A stretch of 63,695 bases of DNA, filler included, from Octopus bimaculoides (lineage: Eukaryota): assembly GCF_001194135.2 (NCBI RefSeq). It is 5 parts of 4 records of this genome, joined end to end, with 100 filler letters (N's around TTAATTAATTAA, not from the genome) between each part and the next. Parts side by side here need not be neighbours in the genome. Positions count along the whole stretch, not along the records: positions 1 to 29,705 come from NW_026334859.1; 4 more parts are not named here. One strand, 5' to 3'. Under the pieces are notes generated by a model that worked only from the letters and a program-made list of their open reading frames with translations, did not search any database and was not told the origin of the DNA. Both the position numbers and the translations under genes were made by a program. Positions 1 to 11,800 of the stretch are shown here, one piece after another. Within the stretch, counting starts at the first letter, position 1; the number at the start of each line of letters is the position of its first letter.

Positions 1-3000
1 ATGGCCGCAGTCAAATGATTGAAACAAGTAAAAGAGTAAAGAGTAAGAGTGTGAAAGAATAATAAAATTAAGACATGACTCAGAGAAAATTGAAGATAAA
101 GATTTCTCCCAAGTGAAACAAGTGCAAAACAGGCAGAATAGAAAGTAAATGTAAGACTGTAAAACCAAGATGACAAAATGTTGCAACAAAGAAGAAAGTA
201 TAAACAAGATGTTGCATAAAGAAAATGGTAATGTGACAAAGAAGAAAGTCATAAATATGAAAGTTAAAAATAGAAGAGTAAAAATGCTGTTAGATACTGG
301 AAGTGATATTGTGAATGAAGAAACTTGGAAGTATATCGGTAAGCCAAAATTAAGTAAATCTTCAAAAATAGCATTCGGTGTTACAGGTAAAGGATTGCAT
401 TTTGTAGGTGAATTTGTGTGTTATGGGACATTTCGTGACTAAATGAAAACAGCAAAAGTAAATGTGTTTAAAAATTCAGTTAATCTATTCAGTACAAAGT
501 GGAAGGAACTGTTCAACTTGATGGATACGTCTATGAGTGTTTTGTGTGGGAATATAGTCAGTCCAGTCAAAAGTTCGAATGCAAGTGAGGGATTGAAACA
601 AAAAATAAAGCATTTATTTCCAGAGGGTTTCTTGGATGAACTGGGCGGCTGCATGAAAATGAAGGCTAAAATTGTAGTAAAAGAAAGTGCAACACCTGTA
701 TTTAATCTATTGCCCCGTTTGGAGATCTGCTAAAAACAGTCTCACTGCCGGTTGTTCGTTGTATTTAAAGTGAATTGCTTATCTACATTGCATTTGAAGA
801 AGTGTGTTTTAGAATATTAAGTAGTTATAAGTTTGTTATTGTTAGCTCTGGCTAATTCTAGAGGACATTTTATGTCATAAATCCCAATTTTTGGACTACA
901 AAAATAATGACTGTTTTGAAAACGTTTTTTTATTTCTTTTGTATTTCCCATCTTTATCATTCATTGATATTTCATACACATTCACATTTGACACTATAGT
1001 TTCAAAAACAAAAAAAAAAGGTTTATTATTGAAGAGAAAAAGATAAATATGCGTTTTTTCAGCGATCCCCATTTGGGACTTTTTGAAAAATGTATCGTAA
1101 TTTCCAAAATAATTCACATTTGAAGAAAATTTAAATACTATATATTATTTTAACTCCTAAGACATCTGACAAAGCCACAAAATATGAATTTAAAAAATTG
1201 GCAGTTAATGGGTTAAACCAAAATGGAATGTACCATTCGCAGCAGTAGAACAAATAAATAGGGGACTTGAAAGACTTTAAAGCTTAGGAATAATCGAGAT
1301 GATGGAACCACTCAGATTAGGCAGCAACTATGGTCTACGTAAAAAAAAAAAAAATATGTTAAGAGTTTGTGCAGATTTTTCAATGGGGGTGAATGATTGC
1401 TTAATCTCACATAACTACTTATTGCCGACTCCTGCGGAAGTGTTTGCACAACTGAATGGTGGGAAATTCTTCTCCCCAAAAAATATCTCTTGGAGGAATA
1501 TTTACAAATCCAAGTAAAAGAAGAATGCTCACACTTATTAACCTTTAATACAAACCAAGCGACTTCCCTTCGGTGTAAATGTGGCTCCTTTCATATTTCA
1601 GCAAGTAATGAATACAATGCTGGTGACTATTATTTTGCTATGGCCAATTTAGACGATATTCTAATAATAAGCGAATCACACAAACATGTAGAGAATGTAA
1701 AGAAGGCATGTGCAAAGTTAAAAGAATATTGTTTTAAGTTACGTGAAGAAAATGTGATTTCTTTTTGAAAACAATTAAATACTTGGGCTAGATAATAGAT
1801 AAAAATGGACGGAAACCGGATTCATCCAAAGCAACTGCAATAAAAATATATACCCACACCAAATAATGTGACTATGCTACAAATATTTTGGGGTTTAGTA
1901 AATTACTATCAAATTTATATTCCCAATATGCACAGTATAAGGGCCCCGCTAAATGATTTGTTATAGAAAAATGCAAAATAGTGCTGGACTGATGAGTGCC
2001 AGAAGGCATTTGACAAATTAAAAGATATTTTAACATCAAACTTATCGTTAACACATTTTGATTCAAAGTTGGATATTATACTGGCTAGAGATACCAGTTG
2101 TTATGATGTACAAATATGACGTTGGGAGTTAAAAGGCTAGAGCCCATGCGTCATGATCTTTATTACCAGCTGAAAGGAACAAATAGGTAAGGAAGCATTG
2201 GCAATCATATTTGGTGTGAAAACATTCTATAGATGTACTCATGGAAGAAGTTTCTGTCAACAAATGGACCATCGCCCTCTACTGCCAGTATATGGTTCTA
2301 AAAAAGGAATACAAAACACACACAGTGAATAGACTACAGCAATTGGGTACTACATTATTGAATTATGATTATGATTACAAAATAGAATTTTTACCCTCAA
2401 AGAAACTAGGGCACACAGATGGTTTGTCCAGACTGATACTGAAACACTGCAAGCCTTTCAAAAATACAGTAATTGCAGCATTAAGATCAGAAGGAAAAAT
2501 AAAAATGTAACGTGAAATGTGCTACACGAATTACTGGTAACCCTTGAAGACAAAACGAAATGCAGAAAAGGACAAATTCATAACAGAAATAGAAAGAATA
2601 CTGTGGAACAGGATTGGTGTGAAACGAAACCAAGATGTGAACCTGTACTCAATTTGTGATGGCGTACTGACGTAAACACAGAGAGTAGTAATACCTAAAA
2701 CTTTGCAAAAGAAAATGTTGAGGGAATTTCATGTTGGACATCCTGGTGTTTCGAGGATGAAATCATTAATGCGTAACTATGTGTACTGGACAAAAATGGA
2801 TAGAGAAATCAAAACTTTAGTGAAAGGCTGCAGAGGATGTGCTCTAGTGGCAAAATTACCAATGATAAAAAGTGAACCTTGGCCAAAAGTAGATGTTCCA
2901 TGGTTGAGGCTACACATCAATTTCGCTGGTCCCTTAAACATACTGATACTACTTAGTAGTAGTAGATAGTTTCTCTAAGTGGCCAAAAATTTGTAAGTGC

Positions 3001-4020
3001 AAAAAACCAACTTCCTCAACCGAGAAAATTTCCTACATGAGCTGTTTGTGAGATTTGGTGTCCCACATGCAATAGCGTGTGACAATGGAATGCAATTTGT
3101 GTCTTTTCAGTTTAAAAAGTTTTGTAAAACGTTCGCTGTAGAACATGTAACTATGGCGTCCATACCATCCCAGATCTAATGGACAAGCAGAACACTTTGT
3201 CGATATGTTCAAGAGAGCCCTAATAAGGCTGAATAAGGAAGTCACGGATGAGGTAGCTCTACTACAATTCTTAAGAGTACACCTTGTGACATCAAATCCA
3301 AGTACTACAGCAGGTATGTCACCAGCAGAGCTGATGTTTGCAAGGAAAATAAAATCAGTCATTGACAAATTGTTACTTGATAAGAAAATGAAAATTGCAA
3401 TGGATAAAACAGCAAGATATTTCAAAATTGGTGAAAATGCATTTGTGAGGGCATATAAGAATGGAGAATAAAGTTGGGAAGATAGCATGATTACCAAACA
3501 CATAGGGAAAATGTTATACATGGTAAAAGGAAGAAAATGGGTATATATGCGACACATGAATCAACTAAAAAAAGATTCGTTGAGAGCAGGCCCAAGAGAA
3601 TGGAAGAACCAATGGAATGGTTATATGATACATTTCAAGTACCAATGCCACTACAAATAATTGAACTCAGACGCACAAGCAAAAGAAAATGTACGGAGTT
3701 CCTGGAAGTGGATGCCAAACAAAAAAATATTAAATTTTAACTATATGAAAAAGGGGAGGTGGGATAATGTAAAAATTATTGCTAATAAAAGAAATAAAAT
3801 GACACTCCCTAAGAAAAAGTTAAAACGGGAAATGTTATTGGGATAATAGTAATAATGGAACACCCCTTCACGTGACGAGTGGTATGTGTTTGTCGCTACA
3901 AATACGGTGACGTCGAGCAGTCGTCAGTTGGTCATAGATAGATAGTCATCTCTTACTTGTCTAACTAACTATACTGCTATACCGGAGTGGACATCATTTG
4001 ACAGAAGATTACAACAAGAC
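1..4020 (+). mobile_element. Decayed Ty3/Gypsy LTR retrotransposon (pol plus probable 3' LTR)
   Basis: Frameshifted fragments in Gypsy order: aspartic protease (LLDTGSDI), RT (YLLPTPAEVFAQLNGGKFFS; YLQIQV; NLDDILI), RNase H (KKLGHTDGLSR), integrase zinc finger (HVGHPGVSRMKSLMRNYVYW...CRGC) and core (IACDNGMQFVSFQF). A purine tract at ~3747-3759 is followed by TG; the LTR boundary is approximate. Confidence 0.92.
706..1212. mobile_element. Non-autonomous insertion with TTAA target duplication (piggyBac-like) inside the Gypsy pol
   Basis: Flanked by TTAA at 702-705 and 1213-1216. Removing it restores the Gypsy frame VKESATPVF-KPKWNVPFAAVEQIN. The right end (revcomp) reads TTAA CCCATT; the left TIR is poorly conserved. 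Confidence 0.65.
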
Positions 4021-4364
4021 ATGAACATATATATTCACACATACACACAAACTTATGCACACTGTTACACAATTACGATCAAAGACAATCATCTTCAAGC
4101 ATATTCATATTTACACACTCATATTCACGCACAATTACATTCCTACCACTTACATTCACACCATACATTAACACGGAAATGTATTCACACTTATGTTTAC
4201 ATACAAACGCTAACATTTAAGCATATTCACATTTATACATGCATTCGCACACATATGTGGAAAGAGACAGTAACACAGTTACAGACAGGCAACAAGAAAG
4301 AAAACACATTAAATATTGAGAAATATATCATTAGTCAAAGAGTATCAAGACTGATCCAACTTAC

Positions 4365-4436
4365 AAGTTCTTTAAATTGTGAATATTTTGGGATATTCCT
4401 ACGCCAATACTTGTGATATCATTATTACTGAGGTCT
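4365..4436 (-). CDS. LRR gene exon 6 (72 nt): DLSNNDITSIGVGISQNIHNLKN(L/F)
   Basis: ttttacAG|agacctcagt...aagaactt|GTAAGTtggatcag; 72 nt, same phase. The conserved F of the repeat is replaced by S. Confidence 0.82.
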
Positions 4437-4698
4437 CTGTAAAATAAGTAAGTTGATAAATTGTACAGAAGAGATATATTAAAATATTAAATATTCATGG
4501 GTAAGCAATTAGATGAAAGAAAACAAACAGTTAATGATAATCATGATGATGATGATGATGATGGCGTTGGGAATGATTGTGCTGCTGATGATGATGATGT
4601 CGATGATGGGGAACTAAAATGAACAAGAACAGGAATACAGAAAGAAGAAAAACATTATTTACATTTGACGGATATTTGTCCTCATCTTGTTTGTTGTT

Positions 4699-4744
4699 AA
4701 CACAACGTTTCGGCTGATATACCCTCCAGCCTTCGTCAGGTGTC
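4699..4744 (-). ncRNA. Minimal type I hammerhead ribozyme (Penelope-type)
   Basis: Minus strand: GACAC CUGACGA A GGCUG gagggUAUAU CAGCC GAAA C GUU GUGUU. Core intact, stem II 5 bp, stem I 5 bp (one G-U), stem III is the palindrome AACGUU, cleavage triplet GUU. Confidence 0.8.
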
Positions 4745-4825
4745 TTGGGGAAATTTTGAACTTGGGTTCTCATTCCTAACGATGTTATTATTATTATATT
4801 ATTATTATTATTACTATTATTAATC

Positions 4826-4897
4826 AGGTCGCTGCCGTGAATCGAACTCGGAATCTTGGGGTTAGTAGCCCGCGCTCTTAACCACTACGTCATATGC
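4826..4897 (-). other. tRNA-derived segment (Pol III A/B-box-like) within the Penelope 3' region
   Basis: Minus strand gcatatGACGTAGTGGttaagagcgcgggCTACTAAcccc aagattccGAGTTCGATTCacggcagcgacc, followed by (AAT)n. The cloverleaf is imperfect. Confidence 0.6.
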
Positions 4898-5615
4898 TCG
4901 TGGGCAATTATGGAGTGAATTTTAGGGCTTATAAATCTATTATTTTTCTATCCTTCCTCAATACCGGTTCCCNNNNNNNNNNNNNNNNNNNNNNNNNNNN
5001 NNNNNNNNNNNNNNNNNNNNNNNNNNNNNNNNNNNNNNNNNNNNNNNNNNNNNNNNNNNNNNNNNNNNNNNNNNNNNNNNNNNNNNNNNNNNNNNNNNNN
5101 NNNNNNNNNNNNNNNNNNNNNNNNNNNNNNNNNNNNNNNNNNNNNNNNNNNNNNNNNNNNNNNNNNNNNNNNNNNNNNNNNNNNNNNNNNNNNNNNNNNN
5201 NNNNNNNNNNNNNNNNNNNNNNNNNNNNNNNNNNNNNNNNNNNNNNNNNNNNNNNNNNNNNNNNNNNNNNNNNNNNNNNNNNNNNNNNNNNNNNNNNNNN
5301 NNNNNNNNNNNNNNNNNNNNNNNNNNNNNNNNNNNNNNNNNNNNNNNNNNNNNNNNNNNNNNNNNNNNNNNNNNTTTTCTTCATAATTGGAGTAGATAGT
5401 ATGTTCTTGGGGTAGTTGTTTCTTAATAGATTGTTACTGAGCTTGATCATTTCTTCGTGGTGGGTATCACGATCGCTACTTATATTCTTTGCTCGATGTT
5501 TTAGGCACTGAGCAATTCCTCTCTTTACATTGTATGGATGGTGGGAATTGAAGTTAAGGTATCATCCAGTGAAGGTTGGCTTGCGATATACGGATGTCCT
5601 GAATCTATACTCGGT

Positions 5616-6209
5616 TGACTTTCTGTGTAGAAACTACCTACTTCAGTATAGACACTGATATATATCGACAAGAAGATGGTTTAGCTATGGGTTCGCCATT
5701 ATCACCGATAATAGCCAATATATACATGGAATACTTCGAGAATTTGGCTTTAGGATCAACACCACTAAAACCAACCCTATGGCTGCGATAGTTGATGACA
5801 CCTTTATTCTCTGGCGCCCACCAGCAAGATGTCCAAATGCTGTTAGATCATGTGAACCCAATAAATACATCCATACAGTTCATCATGGAAAAGGAACAGA
5901 ACAATCAGCTGGCATTCCTGGACGTATTAATAACACGCACCGAGTATGGATTCAGGACATCCGTATATCGCAAGCCAACCTTCACTGGACGATACCTTAA
6001 CTTCAATTCCCACCATCCATACAATGTAAAGAGAGGAATTGCTCAGTGCCTAAAACATCGAGCAAAGAATATAAGTAGCGATCGTGATACCCACCATGAA
6101 GAAATGATCAAGCTCAGTAACAATCTATTAAGAAACAACTACCCCAAGAACATACTATCTACTCCAATTATGAAGAAAAGAGAGGATGAAACCAATAAAC
6201 TATCTACAG
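5616..6209 (+). mobile_element. Penelope-like element RT region (continues into gap 6210-7120)
   Basis: Translation LTFCVETTYFSIDTDIYRQEDGLAMGSPLSPIIANIYME...WLR*VDDTFILW...LAFLDVLI...YRKPTFTGRYLNFNSHHP is typical of Penelope RT; stop and frameshift present. Confidence 0.93.
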
Positions 6210-7120
6210 NNNNNNNNNNNNNNNNNNNNNNNNNNNNNNNNNNNNNNNNNNNNNNNNNNNNNNNNNNNNNNNNNNNNNNNNNNNNNNNNNNNNNNNNNNN
6301 NNNNNNNNNNNNNNNNNNNNNNNNNNNNNNNNNNNNNNNNNNNNNNNNNNNNNNNNNNNNNNNNNNNNNNNNNNNNNNNNNNNNNNNNNNNNNNNNNNNN
6401 NNNNNNNNNNNNNNNNNNNNNNNNNNNNNNNNNNNNNNNNNNNNNNNNNNNNNNNNNNNNNNNNNNNNNNNNNNNNNNNNNNNNNNNNNNNNNNNNNNNN
6501 NNNNNNNNNNNNNNNNNNNNNNNNNNNNNNNNNNNNNNNNNNNNNNNNNNNNNNNNNNNNNNNNNNNNNNNNNNNNNNNNNNNNNNNNNNNNNNNNNNNN
6601 NNNNNNNNNNNNNNNNNNNNNNNNNNNNNNNNNNNNNNNNNNNNNNNNNNNNNNNNNNNNNNNNNNNNNNNNNNNNNNNNNNNNNNNNNNNNNNNNNNNN
6701 NNNNNNNNNNNNNNNNNNNNNNNNNNNNNNNNNNNNNNNNNNNNNNNNNNNNNNNNNNNNNNNNNNNNNNNNNNNNNNNNNNNNNNNNNNNNNNNNNNNN
6801 NNNNNNNNNNNNNNNNNNNNNNNNNNNNNNNNNNNNNNNNNNNNNNNNNNNNNNNNNNNNNNNNNNNNNNNNNNNNNNNNNNNNNNNNNNNNNNNNNNNN
6901 NNNNNNNNNNNNNNNNNNNNNNNNNNNNNNNNNNNNNNNNNNNNNNNNNNNNNNNNNNNNNNNNNNNNNNNNNNNNNNNNNNNNNNNNNNNNNNNNNNNN
7001 NNNNNNNNNNNNNNNNNNNNNNNNNNNNNNNNNNNNNNNNNNNNNNNNNNNNNNNNNNNNNNNNNNNNNNNNNNNNNNNNNNNNNNNNNNNNNNNNNNNN
7101 NNNNNNNNNNNNNNNNNNNN

Positions 7121-8162
7121 AAAGAAAAATAAATATGAAGAATGAGAAAAAAAGAAAAATTAGACGATAAAACAGAAGAAGAAGAAGAAGAAGAAGAAGA
7201 AGAAGAAGAAGAAGAAGAAGAAGAAGAAGAAGAGGACATGAAAAGAGTAAGAACATAAAGTTGGGAAGGAGGAGGACAAAAGAATAACAATAAGAAAAAA
7301 GAAAAGGAAAATTAGAAGGCAAGTCTATAACTATAGATAATGTAGTTAGACATATACAGAAAGACATAGTGATATATATGCATATACAAATATAAACTGT
7401 ATAAACTAGATAACACACTGACGTACTCACATACACACATTAAAAACACACACATTCTCACATAAAAATATAGAGACAGTTAGAAAAGGCGATAGAAACA
7501 ATAAAAGGAATGGAAAAACATTAACTCTTTAGAAATAGGTCAAAGAAAGATAAACAAGACTGATCTAACTCACAAATACTCTAATTTGGTAAGAATTTGG
7601 AAGGATCCTTCGTCAATATTTTCGATATTGTTATATTTCAGATCTCTGTAACATATAAATGAATTGATAACTAATGGTATAGAACAAATTTGCGGTGGTA
7701 AAATATTAAATATTATGGCTAAGCAATTACATGAAATAGAGAAGTAGCAGAAGCCACTACTGCTCGTGTTGATGGTAATGATGACGACAATAACAATGAT
7801 GATGGTTTTGATGTTGATGATGATAATGATGAAGAGGATGAGGAGGAGGAGGAGGAGGAAGAAGAGGAGGGCGATTATGATGAAGATATTTAAGATGATG
7901 ATTATAGTGGTGGAGATGATGAAGATAATGATGAACGATTATATCAATGTATATGATGATTCAGATGATAATAATGATAATAAAGAAGGTAATGGAGACG
8001 AAAAGAGTACTAATGTTGATGATGGTGATGATTATATTAATGGTGATGGCAATGTTAACGATGAAGGTGATGGAGATAATAACGGCACAGGCGGTGATTA
8101 TGAGGATGTTCATGATGTGGTGGTGGTTATCATGATGGTGATGATGATGGTGCTGCTGCTAC

Positions 8163-8226
<64 letters not shown>

Positions 8227-8469
8227 TGCATGAGGAATAAAATAGGAAGAACAACAAGCAGAAGAAAGAGAAGCGAAACAAGAAAGTGAAAGGAAACAGA
8301 GAAGCAAAAGAAACAGTAAAAGTAGAAGATAAATAACAAGTATATGAAGAGGAGGTATAATTAATTTAAGATGAAGAATACGAAGGCTACAACGACAACA
8401 AAGAAGAAGAAGAAGAAGAAGGAGGAGGAGGAGGAGGAGGAGGAGAAGAAGAAGAAGAAGAAGAAGAAG

Positions 8470-8500
<31 letters not shown>

Positions 8501-8580
8501 GGAGGAATAAATAGATCAAGTAAAAATATATGAAGTTGAAGAGAAAAACAAATATAACTGAAGAAAAAGTGCACAAAGAA
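7121..8580. repeat. Intronic (GAA)n/(GAT)n/(GAG)n low-complexity tracts flanking LRR exon 5
   Basis: Seen directly; similar tracts recur at 24230-24660, 25210-25840, 26230-26440 and 26960-27780. Confidence 0.9.
7574..7645 (-). CDS. LRR gene exon 5 (72 nt): DLKYNNIENIDEGSFQILTKLEYL
   Basis: tgttacAG|agatctgaaa...gagtattt|GTGAGTtagatcag; 72 nt, same phase, LRR consensus. Confidence 0.87.
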
Positions 8581-8868
8581 GAATTAGGTTGACATGCAAA
8601 GCCCTAAACGTCGACTTTTTGTGACCACCATCAGGAAACTACCTCAAATTCTCACATATTATTTATAAATAAAATAAAAGTTATCCCTCAAACTCAACAA
8701 GCATAAGAGTTGCACATTTTATAGAAAATTGAGAAAATGTGGGAAAAATAAGTAACTTTCCAGAATAATCATAAACCAACCACCATGGTCGTTTAATTTG
8801 CATTTTGGAAGATGATTCCTATGTCGGCCAATCATATGCCTCGTTGCATTCACCGCTCACAGCACAAG

Positions 8869-11800
8869 ATGGAGGTGTGCATGTCATCTTCGTTGTCTTC
8901 TGATGCGGATGATTCTAAGGGGAAATCTTCGGCATTTTGTTGCATGCATGTGATTAAGACTCACGGAAGAGTTCTCCCATTTCCAGAGAAAAGTTTCAAT
9001 AAGTTCAAGGAGTGTGCTACATTGTGGAAAGAATTCAAAAATTGTCCGGAAAGTGTCATTGCGGATAAAGCAGAACGGCTTGCTGAATTCAACGATGTGT
9101 GCAAAACAAACATGGAACTGGAAGGCATATGCATATAGCATATGCATATAGCATATGCATATAGCATATGCATATAGCATATGCATATAGCATATGCATA
9201 TAGCATATGCATATAGCATATGCATATAGCATATGCATATAGCATATGCCTATAGTACCGAGATCGGCAATAGAAAGTGGGTCAACCAAATTCAGTCGTA
9301 CAATTGGTCAGTACTAATCCTTGATAATGTTTTATTTATTCCGAGATTTCTTTTAAGACTTAGAGCTCTACCTATTTAGCTAAAGATGAAAATGAGCGGA
9401 AATAATACAAATACTATACTGTCACTAGGTCTATGTAGATCCAAGACAGGATCAGGGCCTGGCTGGCATGACATGGCTAAACTGGGTTTTTTTCTGATTT
9501 CTCACAATAGTCTAGACCTCTAGATGCATCTACATTATTCTACAAGTTATATATTAGTTGCTCACTCCAAGTGTAATTTTAGACCTTCTTTAGCAAATTA
9601 AGTTCACCAAAATGAGTGAGCCATCAAGATAATGTAATTTGAAATGTACAGTAGCTAAGTTTCTAGATCTACTAAAATGATTCATTAGTCATGGCATGGT
9701 TGAGGTGGCCTCAAGGTGAACAAAGTTAAAGCTAGACTCTGACATCATTCTTGACTGATTACCTATCAAGTATCCTTCATGTCATAATGAGGGGGAGGGG
9801 CATGTGGGCAAAATCTTAAATACTGAAAGGCCACATAGGCCCAGCCCTATGGCTATGTACATGTTATAGTCTTGTACGTATATGATATATGTCTTGAACG
9901 TACATGTTATTTCAAAGTTTAAGTGATCTTTTTGCATTTCATTGGTGTATATATGTAGTAAAATTTTCAATTTTTCATGCATACAGGTTTCCAGCTGATG
10001 GTGGTAGTAGCACAGTTACTGTTAAATAATTAATTTCTTTCTTTCTTCTGCTTAGAAAATGACAGGGTAGGGCAGGGTACCATGTAGACTGCTACCGGCA
10101 TTTCTGTAGCATGACTATCATCAGGCGAGCACAAGACAAGGTAAAGAAAGCACAGATTTCAACAGGTTTGTTATGTGTAAGCCATCTTTGTATATTATAC
10201 AGATGCTGCCATTTAATTTGGTGACTTTTAATAGTTTTGATACATTAAATCTTGCCATATTTTTATGATATTTTTTTTAATGATGGTAATACGAACATTG
10301 CAGCTTGGACAGCTATGACAGTTGTTTAACAAAGTAATTGTAACTAGTGTTCATGTAGTGCAGTTTGTGCTAGTTAACAATGGGGGAAGAATTCTTTGGA
10401 TACTGATTAAGGAGAATAACAAGATTGGAGCGGTCCTCAATTAGGATACAATCATTCCAGAATCAATTACACTATTCAAGGTATTTGCTGGGAAATGTCA
10501 AATGTTTCTCACTTGTCATACAATTGCTATCAGAAATCACTGTCACAATAGAATTTAACATGTAGCTTTGTGTCACCTCAATTTCTATCATGGTTATACA
10601 TTAATTCAAAACTGATAAACAGATGTGCATGCTTGTTTCTCTTCAAGCAAGCAAAGTCAAAACAAATCCTTCAAGCCTTGATGTACACTCTGGTGCATAT
10701 ATACATTGGTATTTGTGAGGATTTTTGACAGGTGCCAATCATGTCACTGTCCTTTAAAGGGTATAACTTATATAGTATACATTAAATAACATTCTGTGAT
10801 TCTGCTTTATATTGAGGCAAAGATTTGTACTTTTTTCTATCTTTGCAGAACTTGAAGATTTAGCAGCTAAAAACTTGCAGGAGGCATCAGTGTCACAAGA
10901 GGAGACAGAGCCAAAGTGTCTTCTATGGTCAGATATCAGCAGCACTTCCTGTCCAGACAGACCGCATGTCCTACCCATTGAATGCATAATTTGTAAGACC
11001 ACTAAGTATGTAAGAGAAAGCTATTCTAGAAAAAGAAAAAATGAAAGGCTTATCAGATGTGAAACATAGGGGTGCAACTTCTAAAGACAGCTGAAATCTG
11101 TAATGAGCATTTGCTCCTTGATATCAGAGGGAAAGATCTTGTAGCACTTGGAGCTAGGTATCATCATTCATGTAGAGTTGTGAGACCCAAGAAGAGGATG
11201 ATGAAGGTTGGAAGCAGTATGAGGCTGCATTTGTTACATTCTGCAAAAGTATAATAGAAAGGAGGATAATACAGGGGCAGGAAATCCTTTACCTGACTAA
11301 GCTCTTGAAGCTTTTCATTAAGAAAGTGAAAGATGTAGAAGAATTTGAAGCAGCCAGCTACAAAAGCTCCAACCTTAAGGGGAGACTGGAGCAGTCCTAT
11401 CCAGCCCTGTGTTTCATCAGACCATCCCAGAAGTATGAAAGCGAAATTGTATTCATAGAAAACGTTGGTGTGGAGGATGTCATTCAATCAGCTGTAACTG
11501 AAATCTCCAGTGAGAAGAATCCTAGTCAAAGTGATGCGAATGTACATGCTACAAACGAAGTTCATACAGAAGAGCATACTTTAAGAACTTTATATGCTGC
11601 AGCACAAATCATTAAGTATTGCCTGAATGATGTAAACATGAAGACAACATGGCCTACAACATCTGATGACCTTATTCCTTCAGAGCTTTTCAATTTTCTT
11701 GCCTGAATGTTACAGGCCAATGAAGATCTTAAAGAGAAAGTCACAATTTCTGCTGATGAAGAACGGAAAGTTCTGTCCATAGCACAGGACATTGTGTACC

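Larger units (their letters stand above)
4655..5615 (-). mobile_element. Penelope-like element, 5'-truncated copy (RT thumb, gap, GIY-YIG end, 3' pLTR with hammerhead)
   Basis: 5376-5615 is the reverse complement of 5940-6180 (RT C-terminus). 4930-4972 encodes a terminal EPVLRKDRKIIDL*, and a hammerhead motif lies at 4699-4744. Confidence 0.85.

Noticed and set aside
7766-8233. Acidic or Met-rich ORFs in GAT-rich tracts (also 25202-25567)
   Set aside because: Trinucleotide low-complexity intron sequence repeated in each LRR duplication unit.
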